A DNA stretch of 35,802 nucleotides from Patescibacteria group bacterium (GTDB lineage Bacteria > Patescibacteriota > Minisyncoccia > Phycocordibacterales > JAGLPS01): positions 17,183 to 52,984 of the forward strand of contig JBBUCK010000090.1 of NCBI GenBank assembly GCA_038057845.1, written 5' to 3'. Both the position numbers and the translations under genes were made by a program. Shown here piece after piece: positions 7,393 to 14,985 of the stretch (its first letter is position 1; every line of letters starts with the position of its first letter). The notes beneath the pieces were generated by a model. It was not told where the DNA came from. It saw only the letters and a list, made by a program, of their open reading frames with translations, and made no database searches.

Positions 7393-8379
7393 TTAAATTT
7401 TTGAAAGATAGTTTCGTTTAAGAGCAAAAGACATATAACCTGCCCCCATCATCCCAAGACCAGCAATAACAAGAGCAAGTGGCCAACCTAAACTGCTTGA
7501 AAAATATTCGGAGGTAATTTTAAGTATATATAACATTAAAAAGACTGTTCCCCACGTTAGAAACGAATTACTCTTGAGATAGACGCTTAAAAACAGAGCC
7601 CAGAAAACTAAACCGGGATAAATTAATTCCCAAAATACATTTTGACTTGGTTTCCATTCCCCAAGCATTAATGCTGCCCCAAGAAATCCCAATATACCGA
7701 AACCGTACAGAAATCCGGAAAGTGGAGCACGTTCATTCTTGGAGAAAGAGTGTCCTATTAGTATATAGGCAATACTGGCAATAAGAACACGGTACATATA
7801 GAACTTCCAATCATTAAAATAGACCCCTCCTTCTGTTATAAAACTCGTAAAACTAAAAAAGAACGATGTAGCAAAAAGGGTACTAAATAATGTAAAAATA
7901 TTTTTATGAAACACAAAATATGACAAAAGGTAAGTTCCTAAAAGGATACCGGAGATGGTACTCTGCGAACCAAAGCTGTTGGCATCAAAACCTGCGTTAT
8001 CAAAAACAATCCAGAGACCGACTGGCATCACGAGTACAGAGATAAGGTGGAATGCTGATCCAATAACATCAGTTTCCTTATCTTTGTTAAATAGCAAACC
8101 AACAAAATAAGCGGCAATACCAGAACCGAGCGTTGCCAAAACTTTTGTTACAAATCCCAATATTGACCAATTTTGCCAAACTAAGATTGAAATTCCCAAG
8201 AAAATGATTGCGCCACCGATGTAGTATAAAATTTCAGCGATGCCAAGTTTTTTTGTCAAAACAAAATCTGTCTTAATGTCACTTCCAGAATCATACGCCT
8301 CTGTTAATTCCTTCTTTGTAATAATTTTTTGCTCAGCAAGCATTCGGACATATCCTAAAACCTCTTCCTTGTTTGCCAT
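7393..8379 (-). CDS. Multi-pass membrane protein (DUF2157-like)
   Basis: ILYYIGGAIIFLGI...NWS pattern; about 10 TM helices. Confidence 0.7.
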   Translation of the reverse strand: MANKEEVLGYVRMLAEQKIITKKELTEAYDSGSDIKTDFVLTKKLGIAEILYYIGGAIIFLGISILVWQNWSILGFVTKVLATLGSGIAAYFVGLLFNKDKETDVIGSAFHLISVLVMPVGLWIVFDNAGFDANSFGSQSTISGILLGTYLLSYFVFHKNIFTLFSTLFATSFFFSFTSFITEGGVYFNDWKFYMYRVLIASIAYILIGHSFSKNERAPLSGFLYGFGILGFLGAALMLGEWKPSQNVFWELIYPGLVFWALFLSVYLKSNSFLTWGTVFLMLYILKITSEYFSSSLGWPLALVIAGLGMMGAGYMSFALKRNYLSKI

Positions 8380-8384
8380 AATAT

Positions 8385-8894
8385 TTATTTTATCCAGCCA
8401 ATAAAACGAAAAGATGGACCATTCAACTGAAGCTTCTTACTTACATTATGACCCTTAAGATACCGTATATCGTAGTCATTTTCCGACCAGAAGAAAAATG
8501 GGAAGAAACTATTACTGCGACTGCCGTAAACAATTTCAAAACCATCGGGTGATACGGCGTTTGAATCAAAATTTAAATACTGTGTTTGCTCAAATGAAAT
8601 CTCTTTACTTTCATTTTTTACAACATCATAAATGTAGAGCGTGCTTTTACTTTGTGGTAAATTATAATTGGGATTTTCACGTCTTTGTGTTTCACTCCTA
8701 ATCAAAGCCCCATTCTGCACAGAATACTGATATTTGTTGTAGTAGTAAGAACTGCTTTCAACTAAGTATAGAAAATTATACTTAGGTTTAATAAAAATTC
8801 CCGGTAGATAAATGCTCCCAGCAACAAACAATATCATTAATATTGGGATAGACGCACCTACAATGAATGTTATGTTTTTCTTAATTATCTCCAT
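8385..8894 (-). CDS. Hypothetical membrane-anchored protein
   Basis: N-terminal TM helix, soluble aromatic-rich domain ending FIGWI; co-oriented with its neighbours. Confidence 0.7.
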   Translation of the reverse strand: MEIIKKNITFIVGASIPILMILFVAGSIYLPGIFIKPKYNFLYLVESSSYYYNKYQYSVQNGALIRSETQRRENPNYNLPQSKSTLYIYDVVKNESKEISFEQTQYLNFDSNAVSPDGFEIVYGSRSNSFFPFFFWSENDYDIRYLKGHNVSKKLQLNGPSFRFIGWIK

Positions 8895-8953
8895 ATCTTT
8901 AGTATATCAAGAAAACTTAATCGAAAGCTTCTTTATAGGTTGTTCCATATTTT

Positions 8954-9415
8954 TTAATTAAAAAGATAACTAAGAAAGGCTAAAAGAATACCGCCAATAA
9001 AAAAACGGTAATAGGACATAGGCATGGGTCCATACCAATGAGGATGCCACGGAATATTTTCTTTATTAAATTTTGAGATACCAAAATGCGGATTTAATAC
9101 AAACCAGAGAAAATCTTCAATAATCCAAAAAAAGAAATAGAGCGACATAATGCGTAGTTCCCATGCTGGGCTCCACTCTGCGGCAAGAAAAAACGGGAAA
9201 TGAAGAAAAACAAATATTGAAAGAAAAAGCCAGAGATGATATCCAGTAAGTGGTGATTTCCCCCAAAAAAGGTTCATTGCCTTATATTTTATACGCCATG
9301 TAGGCAAGTTTTCCGCCCATCCGTGCTTACCTTCAATATTGATTTCTAGTTTCGCAACGCAGTATGCAATCAAAGGAAGGAAAACAAGTGCTCGAAGAAA
9401 CGCTTCGTCAATCAT
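8954..9415 (-). CDS. Hypothetical membrane protein
   Basis: LEINIEG..GWA..LPTW, TGYH and EDFLWFVLNP motifs with TM segments. Confidence 0.7.
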   Translation of the reverse strand: MIDEAFLRALVFLPLIAYCVAKLEINIEGKHGWAENLPTWRIKYKAMNLFWGKSPLTGYHLWLFLSIFVFLHFPFFLAAEWSPAWELRIMSLYFFFWIIEDFLWFVLNPHFGISKFNKENIPWHPHWYGPMPMSYYRFFIGGILLAFLSYLFN

Positions 9416-9839
9416 TATATGAAAAAATTAACGTATTAGGATGCGAGGCCAACCATGTTTGAAAAGCTACTTCAACAGGAATAAAAACTTCGCCTGTTTC
9501 GGCATGAGTCATTATTACTTTCCCTTTTGAATCACGACTCACCACGACAGGCTCTCCGGCGATTTGGTCGTAGATTGGATTTATGCTTCCAAATATATAC
9601 GCCGGATAAGCCTTGTTGTATTCACTAATAGAGAAACCGTACACGGGAGTCGAAGCAGACAATTTTTCTTCCATATTCTGAACATTTTCCTCACTGGGAA
9701 CATCGAGAGTGCCCCTATCAGAAAACTCATTATTCTTTGAAGAATTTAACTTAGCAGGTAAAGAAAAAACAAAGTAAACGAGAATAAGCAATAGTATGCC
9801 GAAAAGTAGTTGGGGGAGATATTTTTGTATGTTTATCAT
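9408..9839 (-). CDS. Hypothetical membrane-anchored protein (C-terminus reminiscent of DUF3179)
   Basis: TM anchor; KAYP and F..W...HPNT motifs; start uncertain. Confidence 0.55.
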   Translation of the reverse strand: MINIQKYLPQLLFGILLLILVYFVFSLPAKLNSSKNNEFSDRGTLDVPSEENVQNMEEKLSASTPVYGFSISEYNKAYPAYIFGSINPIYDQIAGEPVVVSRDSKGKVIMTHAETGEVFIPVEVAFQTWLASHPNTLIFSYND

Positions 9840-9870
9840 TTCATTCCAGTATAACAAATGTTAATAGAAC

Positions 9871-9899
9871 TTGTATGCACTCTTGTTTCGTGTTATATT
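9871..9899 (+). promoter_or_regulatory. Sigma70-type promoter for tRNA-fMet
   Basis: TTGTAT, 17 nt, then TATATT with a TGn extension. Confidence 0.5.
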
Positions 9900-9953
9900 T
9901 CGCCCATTATCCGAGAGTCAATCCACTAACAAGTGAATTGCCCACGGACAGAT

Positions 9954-10024
9954 CGCGGGATGGAGAAGTAGTATCTCGGAAGGCTCATAACCTTCAGGCC
10001 CTGGTGCAATTCCAGGTCCCGCAA
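9954..10024 (+). tRNA. Initiator tRNA-fMet(CAU)
   Basis: CGCGGGA/TCCCGCA with C1.A72 mismatch; GAAGG-CT-CAT-AA-CCTTC anticodon arm; CCTGG-TGCAATT-CCAGG T-arm. Confidence 0.88.
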
Positions 10025-10039
10025 AAGTTTCGAGGAAAC

Positions 10040-10114
10040 TTTTGCGAGGCTCGCCAAAAAGGCGGCCCGCAATCATTTTGCGAGGCTCGTCTCGCCAGAG
10101 GCGGACGGCCCGCA
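10040..10114 (+). repeat. Two tandem hairpin units ending in a copy of the tRNA-fMet 3' end
   Basis: ttttgcgaggctcg at 10040 and 10076; cggcccgca at 10063 and 10106 (the tRNA ends ggtcccgca). Confidence 0.65.
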
Positions 10115-10160
10115 TTTACACAAAAAACCTCCACCTTAGGCTGGCGGTTTTTTGTGTAAA
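10115..10160. terminator. Long hairpin/terminator
   Basis: tttacacaaaaaacc ... ggttttttgtgtaaa 15-bp inverted repeat. Confidence 0.7.
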
Positions 10161-10170
10161 ATTGGGATAT

Positions 10171-10410
10171 ATGTACTTCGTCTATATTCTTCTAAGTTAT
10201 AAAGATAACAGAACATATGTCGGATATGCAAAAAATCTAACAGCTCGGCTATATGAACATAACTGTGGACGTGTAAAAGCAACAAAACATCGTCGACCGT
10301 TTAAAATGTTCTATTCAGAACAATTTCCAACATTAAAAGAAGCAAAAAAACGTGAACTGTGGTGGAAAAGTAGTAGAGGTAGAAGTGAACTCAAGAAGTT
10401 TTTTGTATAG
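10171..10410 (+). CDS. Small GIY-YIG nuclease family protein (79 aa)
   Basis: YFVYIL...TYVG...RL.EHN.G...TK..RP...EA..RE...KS..GR pattern. Confidence 0.88.
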   Translation: MYFVYILLSYKDNRTYVGYAKNLTARLYEHNCGRVKATKHRRPFKMFYSEQFPTLKEAKKRELWWKSSRGRSELKKFFV

Positions 10411-10490
10411 TGAAAGAGATTTGTAGGGATATTAATTTTACTTTATCCAATATAGATTTTACTTAGAGAGTGTAGTAATCTAGGAAATAC

Positions 10491-10573
10491 ACCGACGCAA
10501 GGGAGCCTTATAGTTCCTTGTGTCGGCAGCATTCGGAGAAAGAATGCACACGCGCCTTCTTTGCTCCTCATTT
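10491..10573 (+). repeat. tRNA-5'-tethered acceptor-stem-mimic unit on tRNA-Met
   Basis: ACCGACG-CAAG-hairpin-CTTG-TGTCGGC-A-GCATTCGGAG-hairpin-CTCCTCATTT directly abutting the tRNA; same layout as 3288-3442. Confidence 0.75.
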
Positions 10574-10645
10574 GCCGACGTAGCTCAGTGGTAGAGCACT
10601 TCACTCATAAAGAAGTGGTTGGAGGTTCGATTCCTCCCGTCGGCA
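10574..10645 (+). tRNA. tRNA with CAU anticodon (probably elongator Met; Ile2 not excluded)
   Basis: GCCGACG/CGTCGGC-A acceptor stem; CTTCA-CT-CAT-AA-AGAAG (31.39 mismatch); GGAGG-TTCGATT-CCTCC. Confidence 0.88.
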
Positions 10646-10801
10646 CCCGCAGGGTGGCGCGGAGTCCTGCAACTGCTTGCAGGACGGGAGGAATCGAAGA
10701 CCGTAGCGATGTTTTTGCAAAAGCAAAAACCGCGAGGGCGGCCTGCGAGTTCTTGAGCGGAAGCGAGAGAAACTTGTAGGCAATCCCTGCCGTCGGCACC
10801 A
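10646..10801 (+). repeat. tRNA-3'-tethered structured element (copy 2, on tRNA-Met)
   Basis: gacgggaggaatcgaa (10683-10698) is the exact reverse complement of 10626-10641; ccgtcggcacc is repeated at 10790-10800. Confidence 0.78.
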
Positions 10802-10825
10802 GTAATCTATTGGGTTTTAAGTTTG

Positions 10826-10899
10826 CGCGAGCGACGGGACTCGAACCCGCAGCCTTTCCCGTGACAGGGGAATGCTCTAGCCAATTGAGCTACGCCCGC
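10826..10899 (-). tRNA. tRNA-Asp(GUC)
   Basis: GCGGGCG/CGCTCGC-G acceptor stem; TTCCC-CT-GTC-AC-GGGAA; GCGGG-TTCGAGT-CCCGT. Confidence 0.93.
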
Positions 10900-11552
10900 A
10901 TTTTAATAAACTTTTCGAACACAATTTTCTTTCGAGGTAAGTACAACCTTATTTCTTTGCCATTATACATCCGTTTATACAGATGAAGAGAACTGCGTAT
11001 GCTGTAATATAGCCGAGAAAAACCCTTCCTGCAAGACAGACCTCCTTTTATTCCGTACTCCTCAAGAGCCCTTTTTAAATCCTTTAAAAATCTTTGGGAA
11101 CAGGAAGTAAAAACAGTTTGAATTGCTATGTGTTGTGTTTTTCTTTTTTTGTGAATAATACCGACCCATACATTGCCATCGCCATCAAAATATCCCCGTA
11201 CAAAATGGAAGAGATACCGGGAAGGTATGTTAGGAAAGAAAAGATGGTAAGATTTTTTTTCACACAACCCAAGTGCCCTTAGATCATCACACATTTCATA
11301 GCTTCCAATTTGCAAGGTATATTTTGTCTTTTCATTCCCTGTTCCAGGACGTTTCCCTATGAAATGGTTTGACTGAAGAACAGTGCGTATATCATATAAG
11401 AGTTTTTTATCCGTAATCTTCAAATTCAAAAAGTGACTTCCTCTTTTGGAAACGCTTATATTTCCATCAGCAATAATAAAGCCTAAAACATACGCCATGT
11501 TAGCAGACCATTTTTTGAAGAAATTTTTGTTTATTTTTTTATACACAGGCAT
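10890..11552 (-). CDS. Free-standing two-motif LAGLIDADG homing endonuclease-like protein
   Basis: YVLGFIIADG and FVRGYFDGDG motifs; very basic; stop codon lies inside tRNA-Asp (nt 8-10). Confidence 0.88.
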   Translation of the reverse strand: MPVYKKINKNFFKKWSANMAYVLGFIIADGNISVSKRGSHFLNLKITDKKLLYDIRTVLQSNHFIGKRPGTGNEKTKYTLQIGSYEMCDDLRALGLCEKKSYHLFFPNIPSRYLFHFVRGYFDGDGNVWVGIIHKKRKTQHIAIQTVFTSCSQRFLKDLKRALEEYGIKGGLSCRKGFSRLYYSIRSSLHLYKRMYNGKEIRLYLPRKKIVFEKFIKMRA

Positions 11553-11590
11553 GTTACCTAACCATAATTATAACAACATGGGCTCTATTT

Positions 11591-11613
11591 GTCCCATTCG
11601 CTCGCGCAACAAA
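11591..11613 (+). repeat. tRNA-Asp 3'-end remnant / att-like direct repeat (left)
   Basis: tcgctcgcgcaacaaa at 11598-11613 is identical to 13267-13282; 12 nt match the tRNA-Asp 3' end, which lies on the opposite strand. Confidence 0.7.
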
Positions 11614-11641
11614 AAAGAGCCATATTTATATGGTTCTTTTT
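11611..11641. terminator. Intrinsic terminator following the tRNA remnant
   Basis: aaaaaagagccatat-tt-atatggttcttttt hairpin. Confidence 0.65.
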
Positions 11642-11681
11642 CTGTATACTGATTGGACTAAGAAACTGGTACAATACAAAT

Positions 11682-12899
11682 ATGTTTACATACCTTATTT
11701 TTACAATACTTGCAGTTGTGGTCGGTACAGTGTCTTTATGTGTGTTAATTATTCGCTTGATTAAAAAACCATCTATTTATGCTGTGTTGAAACAGCGAAG
11801 AAATTATTTTCCTATAATTTTAGTCATTGTTGCTCTTCTTGTTGGATTTCTAGCAAACAAAACTTATCCGCCAAATTTTGCTATGCCAGCATTTATGATG
11901 TCGCATGCTCCAGGAGGAATACCTGCTTCTATACCATTTGGTAAAATTGTTGAATTTTTTAAGTATCAAAATAGATTTGAAAAAGTTGCTGATATTGGTG
12001 CTAATCCAAATTTAGTACCAGAAAAATCACAAACTCCCGACACTGATGGCATTGTTCGTATTAGCTTGGTAGCTCAAGAAGTAATATCAGAAATTTCTCC
12101 AGGCATTTACTTTAATTATTGGACATATAACAATCAGGTTCCAGGACCAATGCTTCGTGTTCGTGAAGGAGATACTATTGAACTAACTCTCACAAACCAC
12201 ATATCTAGTCTACATCCACACAACATAGATCTTCATGCTGTTACTGGTCCTGGTGGTGGAGCAGTTCTTACAAATGTAAGACCAGGAGAAACAAAAACAT
12301 TTAAATGGAAAGCATTAAACCCAGGGCTTTATGTATATCATTGTGCAACAGCAAATGTAAGCACGCACAATTCTCACGGGCAGTACGGACTTATTATGGT
12401 AGATCCGAAAGATGAAAAATTTGCTTTACCAAAGGTTGATAAAGAATTCTACATCATGCAAGGAGAGCTATATACAGAAGGACAGCTTGGCAAAAAGGGG
12501 TTAGTGCCTTTTGATTCTGAGGCTTTGCTTGATGGAATACCGAATTACGTGACATTTAATGGTAAAGTTGAGCAAATTCCTAGAATGCATGCAAAAGTAG
12601 GGGATATTGTAAGAATGTATGTTGGCAACGGAGGGGTTAATCTTATTTCATCTTTCCATGTTATAGGAGAAATATTCGATACTGTATATCCAAATGCAAA
12701 TATCGGTGGAGCGCTCGAACATAACACTCAGGCTACTGCAGTATTACCAGGGGGAGCAAGTATTGTTGAATTTAAATTGGAAGTACCTGGTAAGTATCTC
12801 TTAGTTGATCATGCTCTTGCACGAATGAATAAGGGTGCTTGGGCAGTACTGGAAGTTTCTGGTGACGAAAGTTCAGATATTTTTTCAGCCGGGAAATAA
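11682..12899 (+). CDS. nirK: Copper-containing nitrite reductase (AniA/NirK-like) with N-terminal TM anchor
   Basis: HNIDLHAVTGPGGG, YVYHCA, SSFHVIGE and LVDHAL motifs; ATG 11682 lies 6 nt after TGGTACAAT. Confidence 0.92.
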   Translation: MFTYLIFTILAVVVGTVSLCVLIIRLIKKPSIYAVLKQRRNYFPIILVIVALLVGFLANKTYPPNFAMPAFMMSHAPGGIPASIPFGKIVEFFKYQNRFEKVADIGANPNLVPEKSQTPDTDGIVRISLVAQEVISEISPGIYFNYWTYNNQVPGPMLRVREGDTIELTLTNHISSLHPHNIDLHAVTGPGGGAVLTNVRPGETKTFKWKALNPGLYVYHCATANVSTHNSHGQYGLIMVDPKDEKFALPKVDKEFYIMQGELYTEGQLGKKGLVPFDSEALLDGIPNYVTFNGKVEQIPRMHAKVGDIVRMYVGNGGVNLISSFHVIGEIFDTVYPNANIGGALEHNTQATAVLPGGASIVEFKLEVPGKYLLVDHALARMNKGAWAVLEVSGDESSDIFSAGK

Positions 12900-13000
12900 G
12901 GTGTCAAGAATTATTTTATTTGAAATATAGGAATATAGATTGTTTCATCATTCATCCTCTCAAAGCTGGTTCTGATATCGTCCAGTAAGTCGCGCAAAGC

Positions 13001-13032
13001 CAAAACCCGATAGATTTTTCTATCGGGTTTTG
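13001..13032. terminator. Hairpin/terminator
   Basis: caaaacccgataga-tttt-tctatcgggttttg. Confidence 0.65.
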
Positions 13033-13050
13033 TGCTTATGCACAACGAAA

Positions 13051-13282
13051 GCGAGCAAATTACTTTGCTCGCGATGGGACTTGAAAAGCGGAGGTATAAT
13101 TTTGTTTCCGCGAAGCGGAAGGCAAAATTACCGAGCCGGGTGAGAAGCGAATACGTGGAGCTTCGCAAGACCTTTTGAGACAATTTCTAAATTGTCCAAA
13201 AGGTGTACAGACCCTGTAAGGGTCGCGAGAAATTTTCGTCAGGAAATTTACTCGTGGCCAAGCCCATCGCTCGCGCAACAAA
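13051..13282 (+). repeat. tRNA-3'-tethered structured element (copy 3, orphan, tRNA-Asp-type) ending in the right att-like repeat
   Basis: gcgatgggacttgaa (13071-13085, an inverted T-arm) ... ggtcgc/gtggcc stem ... cccatcgctcgcgca (13263-13277). Confidence 0.72.
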
Positions 13283-13337
13283 CAAAAAGGCCCGGGAGTT
13301 ATTCCGAGCCTTTAGAAAGACTGCCGATTGGAGAGAG

Positions 13338-13646
13338 TTAGTTTAATGAACTGCTCCTTCTCAAAGACGTGATAATTATCCCAGCATCCACAATACTTCC
13401 TATCTCATGAATTTCCACAACCATAATCGGAAGCGTGTCCGGCATTCCGGATTCTTCAATTTTTTCTAAAAGTTCGTCAGCTTCTTCTGCTTCTACCATG
13501 TTTGTTTTTAAAACAAACTCAACCGCCAGACGGCCGCTCACCTTTGAGTGAATATGAAATGCTAAGCCATATTTGGGAAAGAAGATAAATCCGTGTGATA
13601 AAGGATACTTATCAATTAACTGGAAAAACGCCTTCGATTCGCCCAT
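13338..13646 (-). CDS. Hypothetical protein
   Basis: Strong RBS (AAAGGAGGG) upstream; hairpin at 13286-13313 downstream. Confidence 0.6.
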   Translation of the reverse strand: MGESKAFFQLIDKYPLSHGFIFFPKYGLAFHIHSKVSGRLAVEFVLKTNMVEAEEADELLEKIEESGMPDTLPIMVVEIHEIGSIVDAGIIITSLRRSSSLN

Positions 13647-13806
13647 ATACCCTCCTTTGCTTTAGAAAATTATACAAAGTATCTAAATTGTATTTGACCA
13701 TTTCTATTGGAAAAAATCAATCCTTCTTCAACTTCGCGCTTCGTCCCAGGACTCAGCACCGAAGAGTTCAAGATTGGCACTAAGACATAAATGTGTCGAC
13801 AAAAGA

Positions 13807-13839
13807 AAAGCCCCCTGAAAAAATTCATCAGGGGGCTTT
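13807..13839. terminator. Intrinsic terminator
   Basis: aaagccccctga ... tcagggggcttt. Confidence 0.7.
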
Positions 13840-13856
13840 AAAACGTTTTTGGGGAA

Positions 13857-14192
13857 TTATACCATTGCTGGTTCCATGCTTTCTTCCATGGCAAACATTG
13901 TTTTGACGCTGTGCAACAGCGGCACAGGACGGCTCCGATCAACAAGAATATCGGCATAACTTAGAGCTTTACATCCTTTCAGATACGGGGTCTCGTGGAC
14001 CTCATTGATGAGACGACGAAAATTAGGTCCCGATATTGCTGCCTCGCTGAACGCCTGCGCGACAATTTCCTCGGCAGCTCGCCTGGAAAACGCGTCAACC
14101 GGCTGTTCACCTTCGTGCAAGGCAAGTCTGACATGTCCAATGCAATCTCCTCTCTTGATGCTTGGTCTGAAATGCCGCCTTCTCTCTTTCAT
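13857..14192 (-). CDS. Hypothetical protein
   Basis: Strong RBS (AAGGAGGGGGAG) upstream and terminator downstream. Confidence 0.6.
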   Translation of the reverse strand: MKERRRHFRPSIKRGDCIGHVRLALHEGEQPVDAFSRRAAEEIVAQAFSEAAISGPNFRRLINEVHETPYLKGCKALSYADILVDRSRPVPLLHSVKTMFAMEESMEPAMV

Positions 14193-14298
14193 ACTCCCCC
14201 TCCTTGCTAAAATGGTTAAACGGTACTTATCTGGGGAAAACTTTATCAGAGTTTTTATACTAAGTCAACTAAAAAAAGTTCTTAAGAAGTTCACAACT

Positions 14299-14982
14299 CT
14301 AAATGTAATAGAATTCTTCAAACACTCTTTTATAGAGTTCAATAACACGTTTTGCTTCTCGTTGATTGAGGAGAAAATCTCCACCTTCATGAGCGATAGA
14401 ATTTCTTATTTTATGAGCCTCCCACGCATAATCTAAAGTTTCAAAATCACTTTTCTCAATTGATTTTAATTTTTCTCCCATTGATTCACCACCATATCCC
14501 ATTTTGTCTAAAATTTCCTCAAGCATGATATCAGCTTCAAGAATAGCCAGTTTCCAATCAGAAGAAGAGTCGGATTCAACTAATTTAATAACTCGTTCCC
14601 ATTTTTCATTAAGAAGTTGTTCGGGGCGAGAATCAATCATTTCTAGTGAAACTCCTTTGGAAGGATACAATTCAGCATGCTCAATTGCCCTGATTGTATT
14701 GATCTTCCGCATGAGGTGAAAAAGACCAACAAGAAATATAAAAGAAATAAAAAACGAGAGAATTTTTAGAAGCGGTAAAATTTCAAAAAAAACCTCTCGA
14801 AGATGGGCAAGAAAGCCCACTTCCGCGCGCGCTATAAGATTTTGAATAAGACGACGAACAGCATCGGCAACAGCCAACACAAGAAGAACAATTACCCCAA
14901 TTTCAATCGCAGTGACAACAGGGTCTTTTGAAATTTCGGGCGCTGATTTTTTTTCCTTTTTTTCTTCTTTTTCTTCAGCCAT
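14299..14982 (-). CDS. Hypothetical membrane protein downstream of gatA
   Basis: Two TM helices, then WKLAILEADIML and AWEAHKIRNSIAHE (RxxxxH, HEPN-like signature). Confidence 0.75.
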   Translation of the reverse strand: MAEEKEEKKEKKSAPEISKDPVVTAIEIGVIVLLVLAVADAVRRLIQNLIARAEVGFLAHLREVFFEILPLLKILSFFISFIFLVGLFHLMRKINTIRAIEHAELYPSKGVSLEMIDSRPEQLLNEKWERVIKLVESDSSSDWKLAILEADIMLEEILDKMGYGGESMGEKLKSIEKSDFETLDYAWEAHKIRNSIAHEGGDFLLNQREAKRVIELYKRVFEEFYYI

Positions 14983-14985
14983 ATA

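Noticed and set aside
9875-10799. ORFs 9875-10159, 9918-10115, 10561-10779, 10601-10783, 10605-10799 and the N-terminal extension of 10042-10410
   Set aside because: They overlap tRNAs and GC-rich hairpins and have no recognisable protein features.
10574-10801. tmRNA or intron-containing tRNA
   Set aside because: A complete uninterrupted CAU tRNA is present; no G3.U70 alanine identity or tag ORF, and no group I core.
10823-11609. Actively invertible (phase-variable) segment between inverted 12-bp repeats
   Set aside because: No recombinase nearby, the repeats are short, and the allele differences fit a replaced tRNA better; read mapping could still test it.
11589-11681. Longer TTG-initiated NirK
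   Set aside because: The extension runs through the att-like repeat, terminator and promoter.
12911-13281. ORFs 12911-13183 and 13060-13281 as genes
   Set aside because: Mostly antisense to the structured element; only the last 30 or so codons might be a gene remnant.
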